From NCBI GenBank assembly GCA_023898465.1, contig CP060223.1, forward strand, positions 768,001 through 832,000: a stretch of 64,000 bases of DNA. Direction: 5' to 3'. A program made the translations under genes and the position numbers. The notes below the pieces were generated by a model. It was not told where the DNA came from, did no database searches, and was given only the letters and a program-made list of their open reading frames with translations. This DNA comes from Candidatus Nomurabacteria bacterium (lineage in GTDB: Bacteria; Patescibacteriota; Patescibacteriia; HK-STAS-PATE-3). How positions within the stretch are numbered: the stretch's first letter is position 1; each line of letters opens with the position of its first letter. Below, piece after piece: positions 28,528 to 39,237 of the stretch.

Positions 28528-29170
28528 GTAGTCCTAAATCCCAGGTTAAAGTTTGCTCGCTTTGTCCGGGGATGGCAATAGTCAATTGTAAGGTTTTTGG
28601 ATTCACTTTATCGATATCCAATCCTTCTTCACTTGTCCGGGCAAAGGCTACTAAGCCAATACGTTGATTGACTTCAGAGGCTGGCAAGAGCACTGAGTTA
28701 GCCTCTGACCACTGCTGCACGGGATATACATTACCCTCATCATCACTTAAGCTAACAATTTCCTCAGGATCAAATTCAGAAAGTTCATCATCTGAACTAG
28801 CTAAGGTGAGGTAGAAGACGATTGTATCAGTATTTGGCTTCAGGATGGCTAAACGATCAGCAACTTCACCCTGATGCCCTGATTTGGTGGGAAGCGCCTC
28901 TAATGCACTAGCCAGCTCTGGGAAAAAATAGCTCGCTTCTACCAATATCTTTGCATTCGTATCACCACTCCGCCAGCCAGCATCAAAGTAATCAGTAAAG
29001 ACGCCTTCGGGGGAAGTATCGCTTGAGGTATTACTAAGGAGTGTAGTGTCGCTAATAGAACTCGATCCATGCGGCCAACTTAGCCACACTCCGAAGATAA
29101 TTACCACAATACCAAAAGCCCAGAACCACACGGGCAAACTGGGCTTTGGTGTAACTTTCTTACGTGGCAT
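28496..29170 (-). CDS. secreted/membrane-anchored hypothetical protein within the Dsb cluster
   Basis: N-terminal TM/signal WFWAFGIVVIIFGVWL; acidic; no motif recognised. Confidence 0.4.
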   Translation of the reverse strand: MPRKKVTPKPSLPVWFWAFGIVVIIFGVWLSWPHGSSSISDTTLLSNTSSDTSPEGVFTDYFDAGWRSGDTNAKILVEASYFFPELASALEALPTKSGHQGEVADRLAILKPNTDTIVFYLTLASSDDELSEFDPEEIVSLSDDEGNVYPVQQWSEANSVLLPASEVNQRIGLVAFARTSEEGLDIDKVNPKTLQLTIAIPGQSEQTLTWDLGLLDTFLQSYER

Positions 29171-29184
29171 GCTGCCGAATCGTT

Positions 29185-29967
29185 CTAGAGTAACTGGTCA
29201 ATAACTGATTTGAAGCTGGCGTACGGAAGTGCGCCGCTAATCAATTGACCAGTAGTGACATCGTCACCCTGTAAGACAAAGGTGGCCGGAGTACCAGACA
29301 CACCAGCGAGTTCTCCTTCACTCATATCAGCCTGTACATCATCATCATACTTCTTGCTCTGGTAGCAATCATTAAACTTATCAACGTTTAGTCCGAGATC
29401 GCTCGCTACCTGACTGTAATAGGAGTCGCTCATTGAAGACTGCGTTGCGAATATCTTATCGCCAAACTCCCAAAACTTATCTTGCTCAGCAGCACATTCA
29501 GAAGCATTTGCCGCTGGTAGCGCTTGAGGGTGAATCGAAGTGAGTGGGAAATGTCGATACACTAGAGAAACAGTGTCAGGATTCTCATCAATAATTCGCT
29601 GCAAGGTTGGGTGAAGGTTGCTGCAGTATGGGCACTGGAAATCAGAGAACTCTACCAGTACTACTTTTGCTTTAGAAGGGTCAGCGCCAAGGTAATGATC
29701 ATCCTTGGTTGGCTTGCTAATAGCCGATGCGTTGCCGGTCGGGGCTGCAGCTGCAGAGGTGTTTGTATTTGCTGCGGCCACTGTATCGGTTCCCTTTACT
29801 GTTGCAGTTGAAGCGCCACCGCCAAACATAATAAAGCCCAGCGCAGTAAGTGCTACGCCAACAAAAAGACCCAACATAAATGTGGTCTTGGGAGGTGCAT
29901 CGAGGATGCCGGCTGGACGTGAGCCTTCACCCGATGGCACGTTACGAACTACTGGAGATGGTGTCAT
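29185..29967 (-). CDS. DsbA/BdbD-like thioredoxin-fold protein (CPYC active site), paralogue 2
   Basis: SDFQCPYCSNLHPTL...VYRHFPLTSIHPQAL...ECAAEQDKFWEFGDKIF. Confidence 0.75.
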   Translation of the reverse strand: MTPSPVVRNVPSGEGSRPAGILDAPPKTTFMLGLFVGVALTALGFIMFGGGASTATVKGTDTVAAANTNTSAAAAPTGNASAISKPTKDDHYLGADPSKAKVVLVEFSDFQCPYCSNLHPTLQRIIDENPDTVSLVYRHFPLTSIHPQALPAANASECAAEQDKFWEFGDKIFATQSSMSDSYYSQVASDLGLNVDKFNDCYQSKKYDDDVQADMSEGELAGVSGTPATFVLQGDDVTTGQLISGALPYASFKSVIDQLL

Positions 29968-30043
29968 GTGCTCGAGAATTTAAGAAAAAAATGAAATGCC
30001 TAAGTGATGGATAGTATACGAATTTTGAGCCCGTATTGTCAAT

Positions 30044-30772
30044 TTACTCTAACAACCCTTCTATCAACTGCTGAAAAGTGGCAAAAGGTAGGGCCCCTTC
30101 AATTTTTCTTCCGTTTACAAAAAACGTAGGCGTGCCACGAACCCCTAAATCCAAGCCGTCGGAAAAATCGTCCAAAATTTCATTCTCATATTTGCCACTA
30201 GTTATACAACTCGTAAACTCATCTTCTTTCACTCCGGCTAATCTAGCCCAAGCCAGGATATTTTCCTGCGTCATTTCGTCTTGTCCAATAAACATACGAT
30301 CATGGAGCGACCAATATTGATTTGAGCCTTGTTCCCAAGCACACTGCCCTGCTTCAGCCGCAAATAACGCGAGTGGATGAGCCTCAGTAACTGGGTAATC
30401 ACGAAAGACAAAACGAATTTGCCCACTGTAGGTATTCATAAGCTGACGTACGGTTGGAAACACCTCCTTACAATAGGGGCATTGGTAATCTCCAAACTCA
30501 ACAATAGTTACTGCAGCATCAGCAGGACCGAGTGATGGATCATTTTCACCGACCAGTTGAGCATCGAGATTGCTATTTGTGTTTACTCCCTGATTTTGCT
30601 GGGTATTAAACGTAAAACTACTGGTATCGCTAGTGATAACCTTTTGCAAGGAATGAATAGTAAGCCCGACGTATCCGCCACTCAAAATAATGAAAAGCGC
30701 GCCAAGACCAAGTACCCATGGTTTCATATACCAAGGGCGACTTTTTTGTACATACGATGGCACGTCTTGCAT
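30044..30772 (-). CDS. DsbA/BdbD-like thioredoxin-fold protein (CPYC active site), paralogue 3
   Basis: GDYQCPYCKEVFPTV...FVFRDYPVTEAHPLAL...QCAWEQGSNQYWSLHDRMF. Confidence 0.75.
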   Translation of the reverse strand: MQDVPSYVQKSRPWYMKPWVLGLGALFIILSGGYVGLTIHSLQKVITSDTSSFTFNTQQNQGVNTNSNLDAQLVGENDPSLGPADAAVTIVEFGDYQCPYCKEVFPTVRQLMNTYSGQIRFVFRDYPVTEAHPLALFAAEAGQCAWEQGSNQYWSLHDRMFIGQDEMTQENILAWARLAGVKEDEFTSCITSGKYENEILDDFSDGLDLGVRGTPTFFVNGRKIEGALPFATFQQLIEGLLE

Positions 30773-30870
30773 GGGACTTCATCGTAGCAGAAAAAGCGCT
30801 ATGTAGCGAGAAAGTGAAACAACGGAAATTCACCTGCTACTTGCGCACTTGATGCTTGAATTTTCAGCGC

Positions 30871-32337
30871 CTACACAATAAGCAGTATCGAGATCGTGTA
30901 CATCAAGAGCAGAGAGTAGACAACAGTTGGATGATGCTGCACTCGGAATCGAATAAATACCATCAATGCGAGCGCAATGGTTAAGAAAATGAGGAAGGCA
31001 ACAAAGAAGCGCTGCGAGTATAAGACGATTTGAATAAGCGTGTCAGGAGTGATCAGACGGCTTGGCTCCAAAACCATTCGACCGAAGAATTCCGTAGTGA
31101 TAAGTGGAGCCTCGGTAATATTTTGCGCTGCGTCCTGCGCAATAACTGAAATAGCGCTATCAGCTTGAGCACTACCTCGTGTATCAATTTGACCGTAATA
31201 TCCGTCAACGCTCGGTTGGAGATTCGCTTCGATTCCTCCATAGCGAACTACTACATGCTCTGGGTCATTGGTGACTGTTGCAAAGACATCATAACCAGTC
31301 CGCGGTTCCCAGGATGGTAAGACGACAGATCGATCAAGGGCAATAAGTGGAGACTGGGTATCAATGGAAATAGTTACCGGCTCGGTGCTGCCACTCTCAA
31401 GTTGTGAGTCCGGATCAACCGCATAGGCAATTAAACTATGTGAACCGTCAAGCAAGGGCTCAGTCACATCACCTTCGTATTTACCCTCGGCATCAGCCTT
31501 TACCTCAAGTACCACTGTTTCACCATCTTGCACCTTTACGACAGCATTAGGACTGGTCACTCCGGCCACTCTCGGCTGCGCCACATTTAACAAGCTTTCC
31601 GGTTTTGGAAAAGCAATAGTCGGAGTAATTGGTGGCTCGGCCTTTACTACTGGCTGAGGTGTCGGCGTGCTAGGTGTAGTAGGAGTGCTGGGTTGTTGTA
31701 TGCTTGGTGTGCTTGAGGATTGCGAAGTTGCAGGTGCGGGCTCCGGTGCTGCGGCTACTTCTACCTGCAAAGGCGCGCCAAACATCTGTGCAACCACAAT
31801 AGTCTGTACACCATTTACTTCACCAGTGGAAACCGCAATACCAATCTCAGTGTAATTTGCATTCATGATATTTTTACGGTGCGAAGGACTTGCTAACCAG
31901 GCATCAACCAGCGTTTCGGCCGTTGAAAAATCCTTAGCTAAATTCTCACCAGCAAATTTATATGAATACCCTGCTCGCTTAAACCAGTCCCACGGGGTCA
32001 CATTCGCCGGACTTGTATGAGCAAAATACTGATTCACAATCATGTCATTTGCCTTCCCTTGCGCAGCCTGTCCTAGGAGGCCATTCACTGCTAAAGGAGC
32101 TAAGCCGGCACTCTGACGGGCTTGGTTGGTGAGCGCAACGATATTCTGCACAGTCACGTTTGAGACGTACGAGGTGCCAGGATAAAAAGCCACAATACTC
32201 ATCACAAAAAGCTTCACTCCAATAAGGAGCGTTGCATACACTTTGAGGGCTTTTGACCGCAAGGCATGGGGATGATGATTATTCCCCTCATGCGGGATAA
32301 AAGCATGTTTTAAGTGGTGATGGAGTGGACGTCCCAT
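30871..32337 (-). CDS. secreted CAP/SCP/PR1-like domain protein with Pro/Thr-rich linker and C-terminal membrane anchor
   Basis: CAP core TNQARQSAGLAPLAVNGLLGQAAQGKANDMIVNQYFAHTSP...GENLAKDFSTAETLVDAWLASPSHRKNIMNANYTEIGIAV; linker PTTPSTPTPQP; C-terminal TM. Confidence 0.7.
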   Translation of the reverse strand: MGRPLHHHLKHAFIPHEGNNHHPHALRSKALKVYATLLIGVKLFVMSIVAFYPGTSYVSNVTVQNIVALTNQARQSAGLAPLAVNGLLGQAAQGKANDMIVNQYFAHTSPANVTPWDWFKRAGYSYKFAGENLAKDFSTAETLVDAWLASPSHRKNIMNANYTEIGIAVSTGEVNGVQTIVVAQMFGAPLQVEVAAAPEPAPATSQSSSTPSIQQPSTPTTPSTPTPQPVVKAEPPITPTIAFPKPESLLNVAQPRVAGVTSPNAVVKVQDGETVVLEVKADAEGKYEGDVTEPLLDGSHSLIAYAVDPDSQLESGSTEPVTISIDTQSPLIALDRSVVLPSWEPRTGYDVFATVTNDPEHVVVRYGGIEANLQPSVDGYYGQIDTRGSAQADSAISVIAQDAAQNITEAPLITTEFFGRMVLEPSRLITPDTLIQIVLYSQRFFVAFLIFLTIALALMVFIRFRVQHHPTVVYSLLLMYTISILLIV

Positions 32338-32504
32338 ATATTCACGCTAGGAAACATGAGAAAATAGCATGGAAAGTGAAAAAAATCAAGTCTAGGTACA
32401 AAAAAATCTCTTCAAACAAAGAGACTCGCAATTCCCCCGTGTATTTCTCATAGACTTTACTATTGTAGCAGAATTATCTACTTTTGTCCACTCAATCGAG
32501 AAAA

Positions 32505-32712
32505 AGAAAAGCCACCCGCCCACAACGGAGGGGGGACCACCATGTTTGTTCGTGAAACGAACCCGCAGCATAGTGGCTCCCGTTTGAGGAACGGGTGGCT
32601 GAAGAAGTGAGGCGACGAAAAAACGTAGTTGATTGTCTACAAAGCCCAGAAGGGTGTAGGGCTACGTTAGGGACGCACAGATCAGGCTCCCTGGCAGGAT
32701 GTCGCCTCAATA
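32505..32712. ncRNA. candidate structured RNA (unidentified); two nested helical domains
   Basis: Long-range helices GCCACCCG(32510)/CGGGTGGC(32593) and GAGGCGAC(32616)/GTCGCCTC(32703) each enclose further hairpins (GTTCG-UGAAA-CGAAC; ACGTAG/CTACGT; CTACA/TGTAG). Lies in a 420-nt intergenic gap; strand unknown. Confidence 0.3.
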
Positions 32713-32761
32713 TCAAAAAACTGCTTTCAACCTAACATGTAGGAAAAAAGATGCAAGCCCT

Positions 32762-33127
32762 TTATTTCACCTGAGCCAAAGCTTGCTGCAAAGTATCATA
32801 AGAAAGCAAGGCACATTTTTGGCGACTAGGAGTGAGTGGACTACCAAAGCGAGCTAACTGCTCCTCCTTAGTGCCTTGCATGACCTCCTTCACTGCTTTG
32901 CCTTTTACCGCCTCAGTCAGCATAGAGGCTCCGGCTTTAGCGATTGCACAACTCTCACCACTGAAACGGATATCTTGGATAATGCCATCTAGCACCCTAA
33001 GATCTATGTGCATCTCATCGCCACACATGGGATTACTATTTTTCTGCTGCACATTAGCATCATCCAGTGTGCCGAAATTCTTTGGGCTCCTCGTGTGTTC
33101 GAGTACTTCTTGTCGATAGAGGTCCAT
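32762..33127 (-). CDS. sufU: SufU/IscU-like Fe-S cluster assembly scaffold (zinc-dependent sulfur acceptor)
   Basis: HTRSPKNFGTLDDANVQQKNSNPMCGDEMHIDLRV...IRFSGESCAIAKAGASMLTEAVKGK. Confidence 0.8.
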   Translation of the reverse strand: MDLYRQEVLEHTRSPKNFGTLDDANVQQKNSNPMCGDEMHIDLRVLDGIIQDIRFSGESCAIAKAGASMLTEAVKGKAVKEVMQGTKEEQLARFGSPLTPSRQKCALLSYDTLQQALAQVK

Positions 33128-33128
33128 A

Positions 33129-34361
33129 TTAGGTGAGAATTTTTTTTGCTTCGTGCAATGCTTGCACTAAGCGATCAACTTCCTCTTTGGTGTTATAGAC
33201 ATAGAGGCTAATGCGAGCAGTGGCCACTGCACCAAGCTTACGCACCAAAGGCTGTGCGCAATGATGGCCAGTCCGTAAACACACACCGTAGGTATCACAC
33301 ACTGATGCCAGGTCATGGGAGTGCATCCCTTTCATATTAAAGGAAAGCACGCCGCCTCGCCCCTCAGTATTGAGAGGTCCGTATATTTGAAGATCGGAAA
33401 TCTTCTGTAGCTGTTCAAGCGCATAACCGGTTAATTCCATCTCATGCGCATAGATATTTTCTAACCCTAAATCTTGTAAATAACGCAGGGCGTGCTGCAA
33501 ACCAGTCACCCCTGCAATTTCAGGTGTCCCAGCTTCGAATTTGAATGGTACGGCATTCCACGTCGCCTCGGTGTAGGTCACCTCATTAATCATATGGCCG
33601 CCACCCAGGAAAGGATCAGCCTCTTCCCAGCGTTCCATTTTGCCATACACAAATCCTGAACCAGTTGGCCCAAGCATTTTATGTCCAGTGGCCACATAAA
33701 AGTCACAATCAATTGACTGGACATTTACCTGCATGTGCGGAGCTGCCTGCGCTCCATCAATAATACTGACAATGCCATGTGTCTTTGCCTTTGCAACTAT
33801 TTCTTTTACCGGGTTTATAGTCCCCAAGACATTAGACATATGCGTGACTGAGAGCAGCTTCACCTCAGGGGTCATCAATGCGTCAAGCTGAGAAAGATCG
33901 AGTCGACCTTCATCGGTAATTGGGATGAAGCGTAGCTGCACGCCCTTGTCTTTAGCTAATAGCTGCCAGGGAATTAAATTCGCGTGGTGCTCCATTTCTG
34001 TCAGAAGCACTATATCGCCTGAATGGAGAAACTTCCGTGCCCAAGCATGTGCCAATAAATTAATACCCTCGGTCGCATTGCGAACAAAGACGATATTCTC
34101 AGCCTTAGGCGCGTGAAGAAATTCCGCTGCTGCTTGTCGAGAAGCTTCATAGCCGGCGGTTGCTTCTTCGCTAATGGTATACACTCCGCGATGCACATTT
34201 GCATAGTGAACGCGATAGAGCTGATCAACAGCTTCAATAACCTGTTTCGGTTTTTGGGTAGACGCAGCGTTATCCAAATACGCTAAAGTGTGTCCGTTCA
34301 CCTTCCTCTGAAGTATGGGGAAGTCAGCTCGGATCTTTTCTATGTCTAATGGGGTACTCAT
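33129..34361 (-). CDS. sufS: cysteine desulfurase SufS (class V aminotransferase)
   Basis: PLP-Lys region FYVATGHKMLGPTGSGFVYG and C-terminal catalytic Cys loop RTGHHCAQPL. Confidence 0.85.
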   Translation of the reverse strand: MSTPLDIEKIRADFPILQRKVNGHTLAYLDNAASTQKPKQVIEAVDQLYRVHYANVHRGVYTISEEATAGYEASRQAAAEFLHAPKAENIVFVRNATEGINLLAHAWARKFLHSGDIVLLTEMEHHANLIPWQLLAKDKGVQLRFIPITDEGRLDLSQLDALMTPEVKLLSVTHMSNVLGTINPVKEIVAKAKTHGIVSIIDGAQAAPHMQVNVQSIDCDFYVATGHKMLGPTGSGFVYGKMERWEEADPFLGGGHMINEVTYTEATWNAVPFKFEAGTPEIAGVTGLQHALRYLQDLGLENIYAHEMELTGYALEQLQKISDLQIYGPLNTEGRGGVLSFNMKGMHSHDLASVCDTYGVCLRTGHHCAQPLVRKLGAVATARISLYVYNTKEEVDRLVQALHEAKKILT

Positions 34362-34684
34362 ATAGCTTGATGGGAATTTAATGACACGAGTAAAGAAGTA
34401 CCTTCAACTTTTACCGGAAAGACGCGGATCGGCTGAGTAGCCGGTAGGCTTCGTACTGCTCCGGTAGCAATATCAAAGCGCGCGCCATGACGAGGGCATT
34501 CTAAACATCCATCTACTATCTCACCACCGGTCAGAGAAGCTGATTCGTGCGTACAAGTATCCTGCGTGGCAAAGAAGCGCCCGTTCAAATTAATGAGCGT
34601 GATCGCCAACCCGTTTACCACGAATCGACGTTTCTGGCCGGGCTGAATATCCTCAACCCTAGCAACTGGTATGAAATCAGACAT
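34358..34684 (-). CDS. Rieske [2Fe-2S] domain protein inside the suf operon
   Basis: CTHESASL...GCLECPRHGARFD (CxH...CxxH Rieske ligands). Confidence 0.7.
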   Translation of the reverse strand: MSDFIPVARVEDIQPGQKRRFVVNGLAITLINLNGRFFATQDTCTHESASLTGGEIVDGCLECPRHGARFDIATGAVRSLPATQPIRVFPVKVEGTSLLVSLNSHQAI

Positions 34685-35336
34685 TATCAGGGAGTGGGAA
34701 ACGCATCAGATAAGAAGCAATGTGCGAGTATACCTTTTCTTGCTCCGCTACTTCGAGTGCAAGGAAAGGAGCTCGTAAAAACCCCTCTATCAGCATACGC
34801 CCAGCTTCTTGCCTTGGCAATCCTCGACTCAAGGCGTAAAAAAGTTGCTCCTTATGTAGACCGCCGGTCGTTGCGGCATGACTCGCCTTTACGTCCTGCG
34901 CTTCAATTTCTAAGCTCGGCAAAGATTCTGACTGCGCTGCTTCACTCAAGACCATAACTCGCTCTTCTAGAAAGGCATTTGTCTGATTTCCAGTCGGAAG
35001 TATTTTAATCATCCCCTTGAAGTCAGCCTTGGCACGCTCAACTAAAACACCATGCAGTAAGGTACGAGCCTGGCTTCCTTTCCCCTTATGCTCCGTCGTA
35101 ATATCAATGGAAAAAAGGTCATCACCAGCCCCCGCAAAGACACCAATGATTTGTGCATCAGCTCCATCTTCAAGCACAATACGCAATTTACGATGACAAG
35201 TACCGCCTAAGTAGTACGCCACATACGTTAATCGACTATCGCGAGGAACCACTACCTCCTGGGGCGACTCGATCGCTGCAGCAGTATTTGTATCAATAAT
35301 GAATTGATGGGTGTTTTCTTGCATAGCCTTATCCAA
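34677..35336 (-). CDS. sufD: short SufD-family protein (SufBD/UPF0051 C-terminal domain only)
   Basis: 219 aa with a SufBD beta-helix region; overlaps sufB by 8 nt. Confidence 0.6.
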   Translation of the reverse strand: MDKAMQENTHQFIIDTNTAAAIESPQEVVVPRDSRLTYVAYYLGGTCHRKLRIVLEDGADAQIIGVFAGAGDDLFSIDITTEHKGKGSQARTLLHGVLVERAKADFKGMIKILPTGNQTNAFLEERVMVLSEAAQSESLPSLEIEAQDVKASHAATTGGLHKEQLFYALSRGLPRQEAGRMLIEGFLRAPFLALEVAEQEKVYSHIASYLMRFPLPDNV

Positions 35337-36729
35337 CCGACCCTTCCATTTCTAAACCAATCAGGCGATTAAGTTCCATCGCATATTCCATAGGCAACTC
35401 CTTCACAATCGGTTCGAGAAATCCATTCACCACCATAGCCGCAGCTTCATCTTCACTTAAGCCCCGACTCATGAGGTAAAAAAGTTGATCTTGTCCGATC
35501 CGGCTAACCGTTGCTTCATGCTCAATCGTAGCTGACTCATGCACATCCATGCGAGGATAGGTATCAGTGCGTGATTCAAGGTCAAGGAGGAGTGCGTCAC
35601 ATTTCACCTTTGACTGCACGTTTTTCGCTCCCGGCTGCACCTGTAACACACCTCGGTAACTTGTCCGACCATTACCCTGCGATACAGATTTGGAGGTAAT
35701 AAGAGAAGAAGTGTTTGGCGCCACATGAATCGCCTTGCCGCCAGCATCTTGATGCTGATTTGAATTCGCATATGCTAGGGAAAGAATTTCTGCCCGAGCC
35801 CCTTCACCCATCAAATACACCGAGGGATATTTCATAGTCACGCAGCTACCGATGTTGCCATCGATCCACTCGACAGTTGCGTTGGCAAAGGCTATCGCGC
35901 GTTTCGTTACTAAGTTGTATACATTCTGCGACCAGTTTTGAATCGTGGTGTAACGAACTCGAGCGCCGGGCTTGGCAATAATTTCTACCACAGCGGAGTG
36001 TAAAGAAGCTTTGGAATAGATTGGCGCCGTACAACCTTCAACATAGTGCACCTCACTTCCTTCATCAGCAATAATGAGCGTGCGTTCAAACTGCCCCATG
36101 GCCTCGGTATTAATCCTGAAGTAGGCCTGTAAAGGAAGATCAACTTTCACACCTTTAGGGACATAGACAAAGCTGCCGCCGCTCCATACTGCGGAGTTTA
36201 GGGCGGCGAATTTATTATCACCCGGCGGTACAACAGTACCAAAATGTTCACGTACTAAATCGGGATAACGACGCAAGCCTTCATCCATACTGAGAAAAAC
36301 CACTCCCAACTTATCCAGCGTCTCACGCACATTATGATAAATCACTTCCGAGTCGTATTGCGCGCCAACTCCAGCGAGATATTTCCGCTCAGCTTCCGGG
36401 ATACCAAGGCGGTCAAAAGTTCGCTTAATGTCATCCGGCACCTCATCCCATTTGTCGGCTGAGGCTTCTGATGGTCGCACGTAATAGGTAATGGCATCAA
36501 AGTCTAAACGTGACAAATCAGCCCCCCACTTCGGCATCGACTTCTTCATAAATTGCTTCAGCGCATGCAGGCGAAAATCCCGCATCCACTCTGGCTCATG
36601 CTTCTGGGCGGAAATATCACGAATTAACTCATCGCTTAGTTTATGCTGAGAACGATACACTGATGAGTCAGGATCATGAAAACCATATTGATACTCATTG
36701 GTCTTTTTTACCTGACTGGCCTGACTCAT
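35329..36729 (-). CDS. sufB: Fe-S cluster assembly protein SufB
   Basis: 466 aa with the SufB-characteristic N-terminal region and SufBD domain. Confidence 0.8.
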   Translation of the reverse strand: MSQASQVKKTNEYQYGFHDPDSSVYRSQHKLSDELIRDISAQKHEPEWMRDFRLHALKQFMKKSMPKWGADLSRLDFDAITYYVRPSEASADKWDEVPDDIKRTFDRLGIPEAERKYLAGVGAQYDSEVIYHNVRETLDKLGVVFLSMDEGLRRYPDLVREHFGTVVPPGDNKFAALNSAVWSGGSFVYVPKGVKVDLPLQAYFRINTEAMGQFERTLIIADEGSEVHYVEGCTAPIYSKASLHSAVVEIIAKPGARVRYTTIQNWSQNVYNLVTKRAIAFANATVEWIDGNIGSCVTMKYPSVYLMGEGARAEILSLAYANSNQHQDAGGKAIHVAPNTSSLITSKSVSQGNGRTSYRGVLQVQPGAKNVQSKVKCDALLLDLESRTDTYPRMDVHESATIEHEATVSRIGQDQLFYLMSRGLSEDEAAAMVVNGFLEPIVKELPMEYAMELNRLIGLEMEGSVG

Positions 36730-37478
36730 ACTTTTGCTTCGCGCAAAATACGATCATAACCCTCTGCCTCTAGCTGATCAGCCAGCGTCTTATCGCCTGA
36801 GCGAATAATTTTACCTTTTGCTAATACGTGCACGTGATCCGGCGTAATATATTTCAGGATGCGCTGGTAATGCGTGATAATAAGCACGCCTAATTGAGGA
36901 CCTAGGAGTTGCTGAACGCCTTCAGATACAATGCGTAAGGCATCGATGTCCAGGCCTGAGTCTGTCTCATCGAGGATGGCAAAGCGAGGTTGTAATACCG
37001 CCATTTGCAATATCTCAACCTTTTTCTTTTCTCCACCGGAAAATCCTTCGTTTACTCCACGCATGAGAAAGTTCGGATCGAGTTTTAGTTGGGCAATCTT
37101 TTCCTCAAGCATTTGTTGAAACGGCAATACACCTAGCTGATCTTTTTCTTCACGCTGGGCGTTATACGCCTGACGAAGAAATTGAGAAAGACTCACGCCG
37201 GGTAACTCGCTCGGGTATTGGAATGCTAAAAAGACGCCAAGTCGTGCTCGTTTATCAGGACTCAGACTAAGAATATCTTCCCCATCAATAGTAACAGTAC
37301 CGCCGGTCACCTCATACTGAGGATGACCCATCAACACTGAAGCGAGTGTACTCTTACCTGAACCGTTGGGGCCCATGATGGCATGAACCTCGCCTTGGCG
37401 AACAACTAAATCAAGCCCTTTGAGTATTTGATTAGCGCCGGCGCTAGCCTGGAGTTGCGAAATACGTAACTCACTCAT
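36726..37478 (-). CDS. sufC: Fe-S cluster assembly ATPase SufC
   Basis: Walker [11 protein letters not shown], signature FSGGEKKK, Walker [12 protein letters not shown]. Confidence 0.9.
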   Translation of the reverse strand: MSELRISQLQASAGANQILKGLDLVVRQGEVHAIMGPNGSGKSTLASVLMGHPQYEVTGGTVTIDGEDILSLSPDKRARLGVFLAFQYPSELPGVSLSQFLRQAYNAQREEKDQLGVLPFQQMLEEKIAQLKLDPNFLMRGVNEGFSGGEKKKVEILQMAVLQPRFAILDETDSGLDIDALRIVSEGVQQLLGPQLGVLIITHYQRILKYITPDHVHVLAKGKIIRSGDKTLADQLEAEGYDRILREAKV

Positions 37479-37723
37479 ACTTCAGGCCACATTTGTTTGC
37501 CGTCCTGGTCAAAAAGCTTGATAGCATCCACCGGACAAGACTTCGCCGCTTCTAAAATCATCTCTTCTTCATCACCAATGGGATGCTCTTTATCGACAAA
37601 CTCAACTTTACCTTGACCATCGAGTTGGAAGGTCTTAGCCGCTAAAGCCACGCAAGAGGCCGCGCTAATGCAGGTTTCTTGATCTAGCTCAATCTTGCCG
37701 ATTTTTTTGTCCTTGTCTGCCAT
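37475..37723 (-). CDS. small ferredoxin-like protein (Cx5C...CP), first structural gene of the suf operon
   Basis: CISAASC...SCPVDAI cysteine pattern; 82 aa. Confidence 0.5.
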   Translation of the reverse strand: MADKDKKIGKIELDQETCISAASCVALAAKTFQLDGQGKVEFVDKEHPIGDEEEMILEAAKSCPVDAIKLFDQDGKQMWPEV

Positions 37724-37726
37724 AGG

Positions 37727-38137
37727 TTATGAGCTTACCTGAGTATGGAGTAACTTATCAAGTCGCATTTTGCTGAGCTTAGATTCCATTGCTTCTCGCA
37801 CCTGCACCCAAATATCATGCGTGGTACAAAAGTCCTGCCGAGGGCAACCCTGTGCGCTCCGTTCACAAGCCAGCACATCTAATTCATGCACCGCATGCAG
37901 TATTTCACCTACGTTAATTTCCTTGGGTGAACGGGTCAGACGATAGCCTCCCTGACTACCTCGGCTGCTCTCTACTAAACCAGCCTGACGTAAATATACC
38001 ATTAACTGTTCAGCATAGGTGTAAGGCACTCGCTCCTGCTCTGCGAGATTGCGCAAAGAAAGACTGGCTTGACCGTGCTGCCTGGCCAGACCGAGCATGA
38101 GAGCTAAGCCATAGTCACCTTTAGTAGAAAACTTCAT
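37727..38137 (-). CDS. Rrf2-family transcriptional regulator (IscR/SufR-like) heading the suf operon
   Basis: wHTH MKFSTKGDYGLALMLGLAR...LVESSRGSQGGYRL; cluster-ligand Cys in CERSAQGCPRQDFC. Confidence 0.8.
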   Translation of the reverse strand: MKFSTKGDYGLALMLGLARQHGQASLSLRNLAEQERVPYTYAEQLMVYLRQAGLVESSRGSQGGYRLTRSPKEINVGEILHAVHELDVLACERSAQGCPRQDFCTTHDIWVQVREAMESKLSKMRLDKLLHTQVSS

Positions 38138-38266
38138 ATCTGAGTAAAATACTAAGATATAAAAACTCGCCTGTCAACGTCTACTTTGACAAGCAGTGCC
38201 TGCAAAATCTATGCTACCCCCATACTCGTTCTTTCACACCCGTTCCCATGCAGGAAAGGAATACTC

Positions 38267-38911
38267 ATGGACGCTCTGATGACCAGCCTTGTGCAGGCAC
38301 CAATTCGCAAGAGTCGGCCGACCTGCGCTCGACGTCGATCTCACCGCTTCCAGCAACTACGTCATGGAACCCGACTTCGCCCTCTGGCAATCGCGCTCAA
38401 CCAACTCAACATCAGACCTTTCGTCAAGGCTGATGTGGAGAGATACAAGCGTGCACGTCGCGCTGAGTGCGAACCAACGCTTCGTCGAGATGCGCGCTTC
38501 AGGCGCTTCTTCCACATCAGCGCTAAGGTCGCCGCGATATTCGTGATAGTGTCTGCCATCTACTTGGCGGTACCTGGTCCGGCTCAATTCGCGGCGACTT
38601 GCTCGCTACTTGTTTCGTCGGTCTACCTGACTGCAAACCTCATCCTCGGCTGTCGCCTGCAGTTGCGAACTTACGTCCGCTGGCAGACCTGGAAAATCGA
38701 AACAGAGTGGTGCGCTTACCCAGGCGTACTTCCCGATCCTGTACAGCTACAGATCGCCAGGATCAAGGAGGTAGCACCGGGCGCTCGCTTCGAGGTCGAA
38801 GACCTCCGTTACAATACCGGACGGGTCTATGACCCACTCCTGTACGCGTGTCTGGATGAGGAACGCTTCTGCGTAGCAACTTGGCTAGGCAAGGAATGCC
38901 GAATCGCCTAA
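38267..38911 (+). CDS. hypothetical membrane protein (basic N-terminus, two TM helices, about 75-aa C-terminal domain), GC-rich island
   Basis: AGGAAAGG Shine-Dalgarno then ATG at 38267; about 59% GC versus about 48% backbone; no motif recognised. Confidence 0.45.
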   Translation: MDALMTSLVQAPIRKSRPTCARRRSHRFQQLRHGTRLRPLAIALNQLNIRPFVKADVERYKRARRAECEPTLRRDARFRRFFHISAKVAAIFVIVSAIYLAVPGPAQFAATCSLLVSSVYLTANLILGCRLQLRTYVRWQTWKIETEWCAYPGVLPDPVQLQIARIKEVAPGARFEVEDLRYNTGRVYDPLLYACLDEERFCVATWLGKECRIA

Positions 38912-39237
38912 GGCCACATTCGAGACCAGCTTCTCTCTTGAAGCTGGTCTTTCCTTATATGCTTGACAGTTTTTCTAGACCGTGCTAACTTATCCCGTTG
39001 TTCGTGACCGCATATGTAGTCCCGGACAACGTCAACCACTGGAAATCGGCGCATCATCGCGCCACGTCACAACGAATGGGAGGTATTCCCTCGATGCTGA
39101 CAAAACTCAAGCGTTGCCCGCGTAGGTATGCGAGCCTGGGTCGCCGGTCCCAGTAGCCCTCTCTCGCACGAGAGGAATCCAACTCGTCCTGCGCCGGGGC
39201 CTTCCACCGGCAATTACACCGTCGAAACGGACGAACC

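Noticed and set aside
32492-32716. 74-aa minus-strand ORF in the sufU-CAP intergenic region
   Set aside because: It is Arg/Ser-rich with no RBS, and coincides with the GC-rich helices of the candidate structured RNA. The sequence is better explained as RNA structure.
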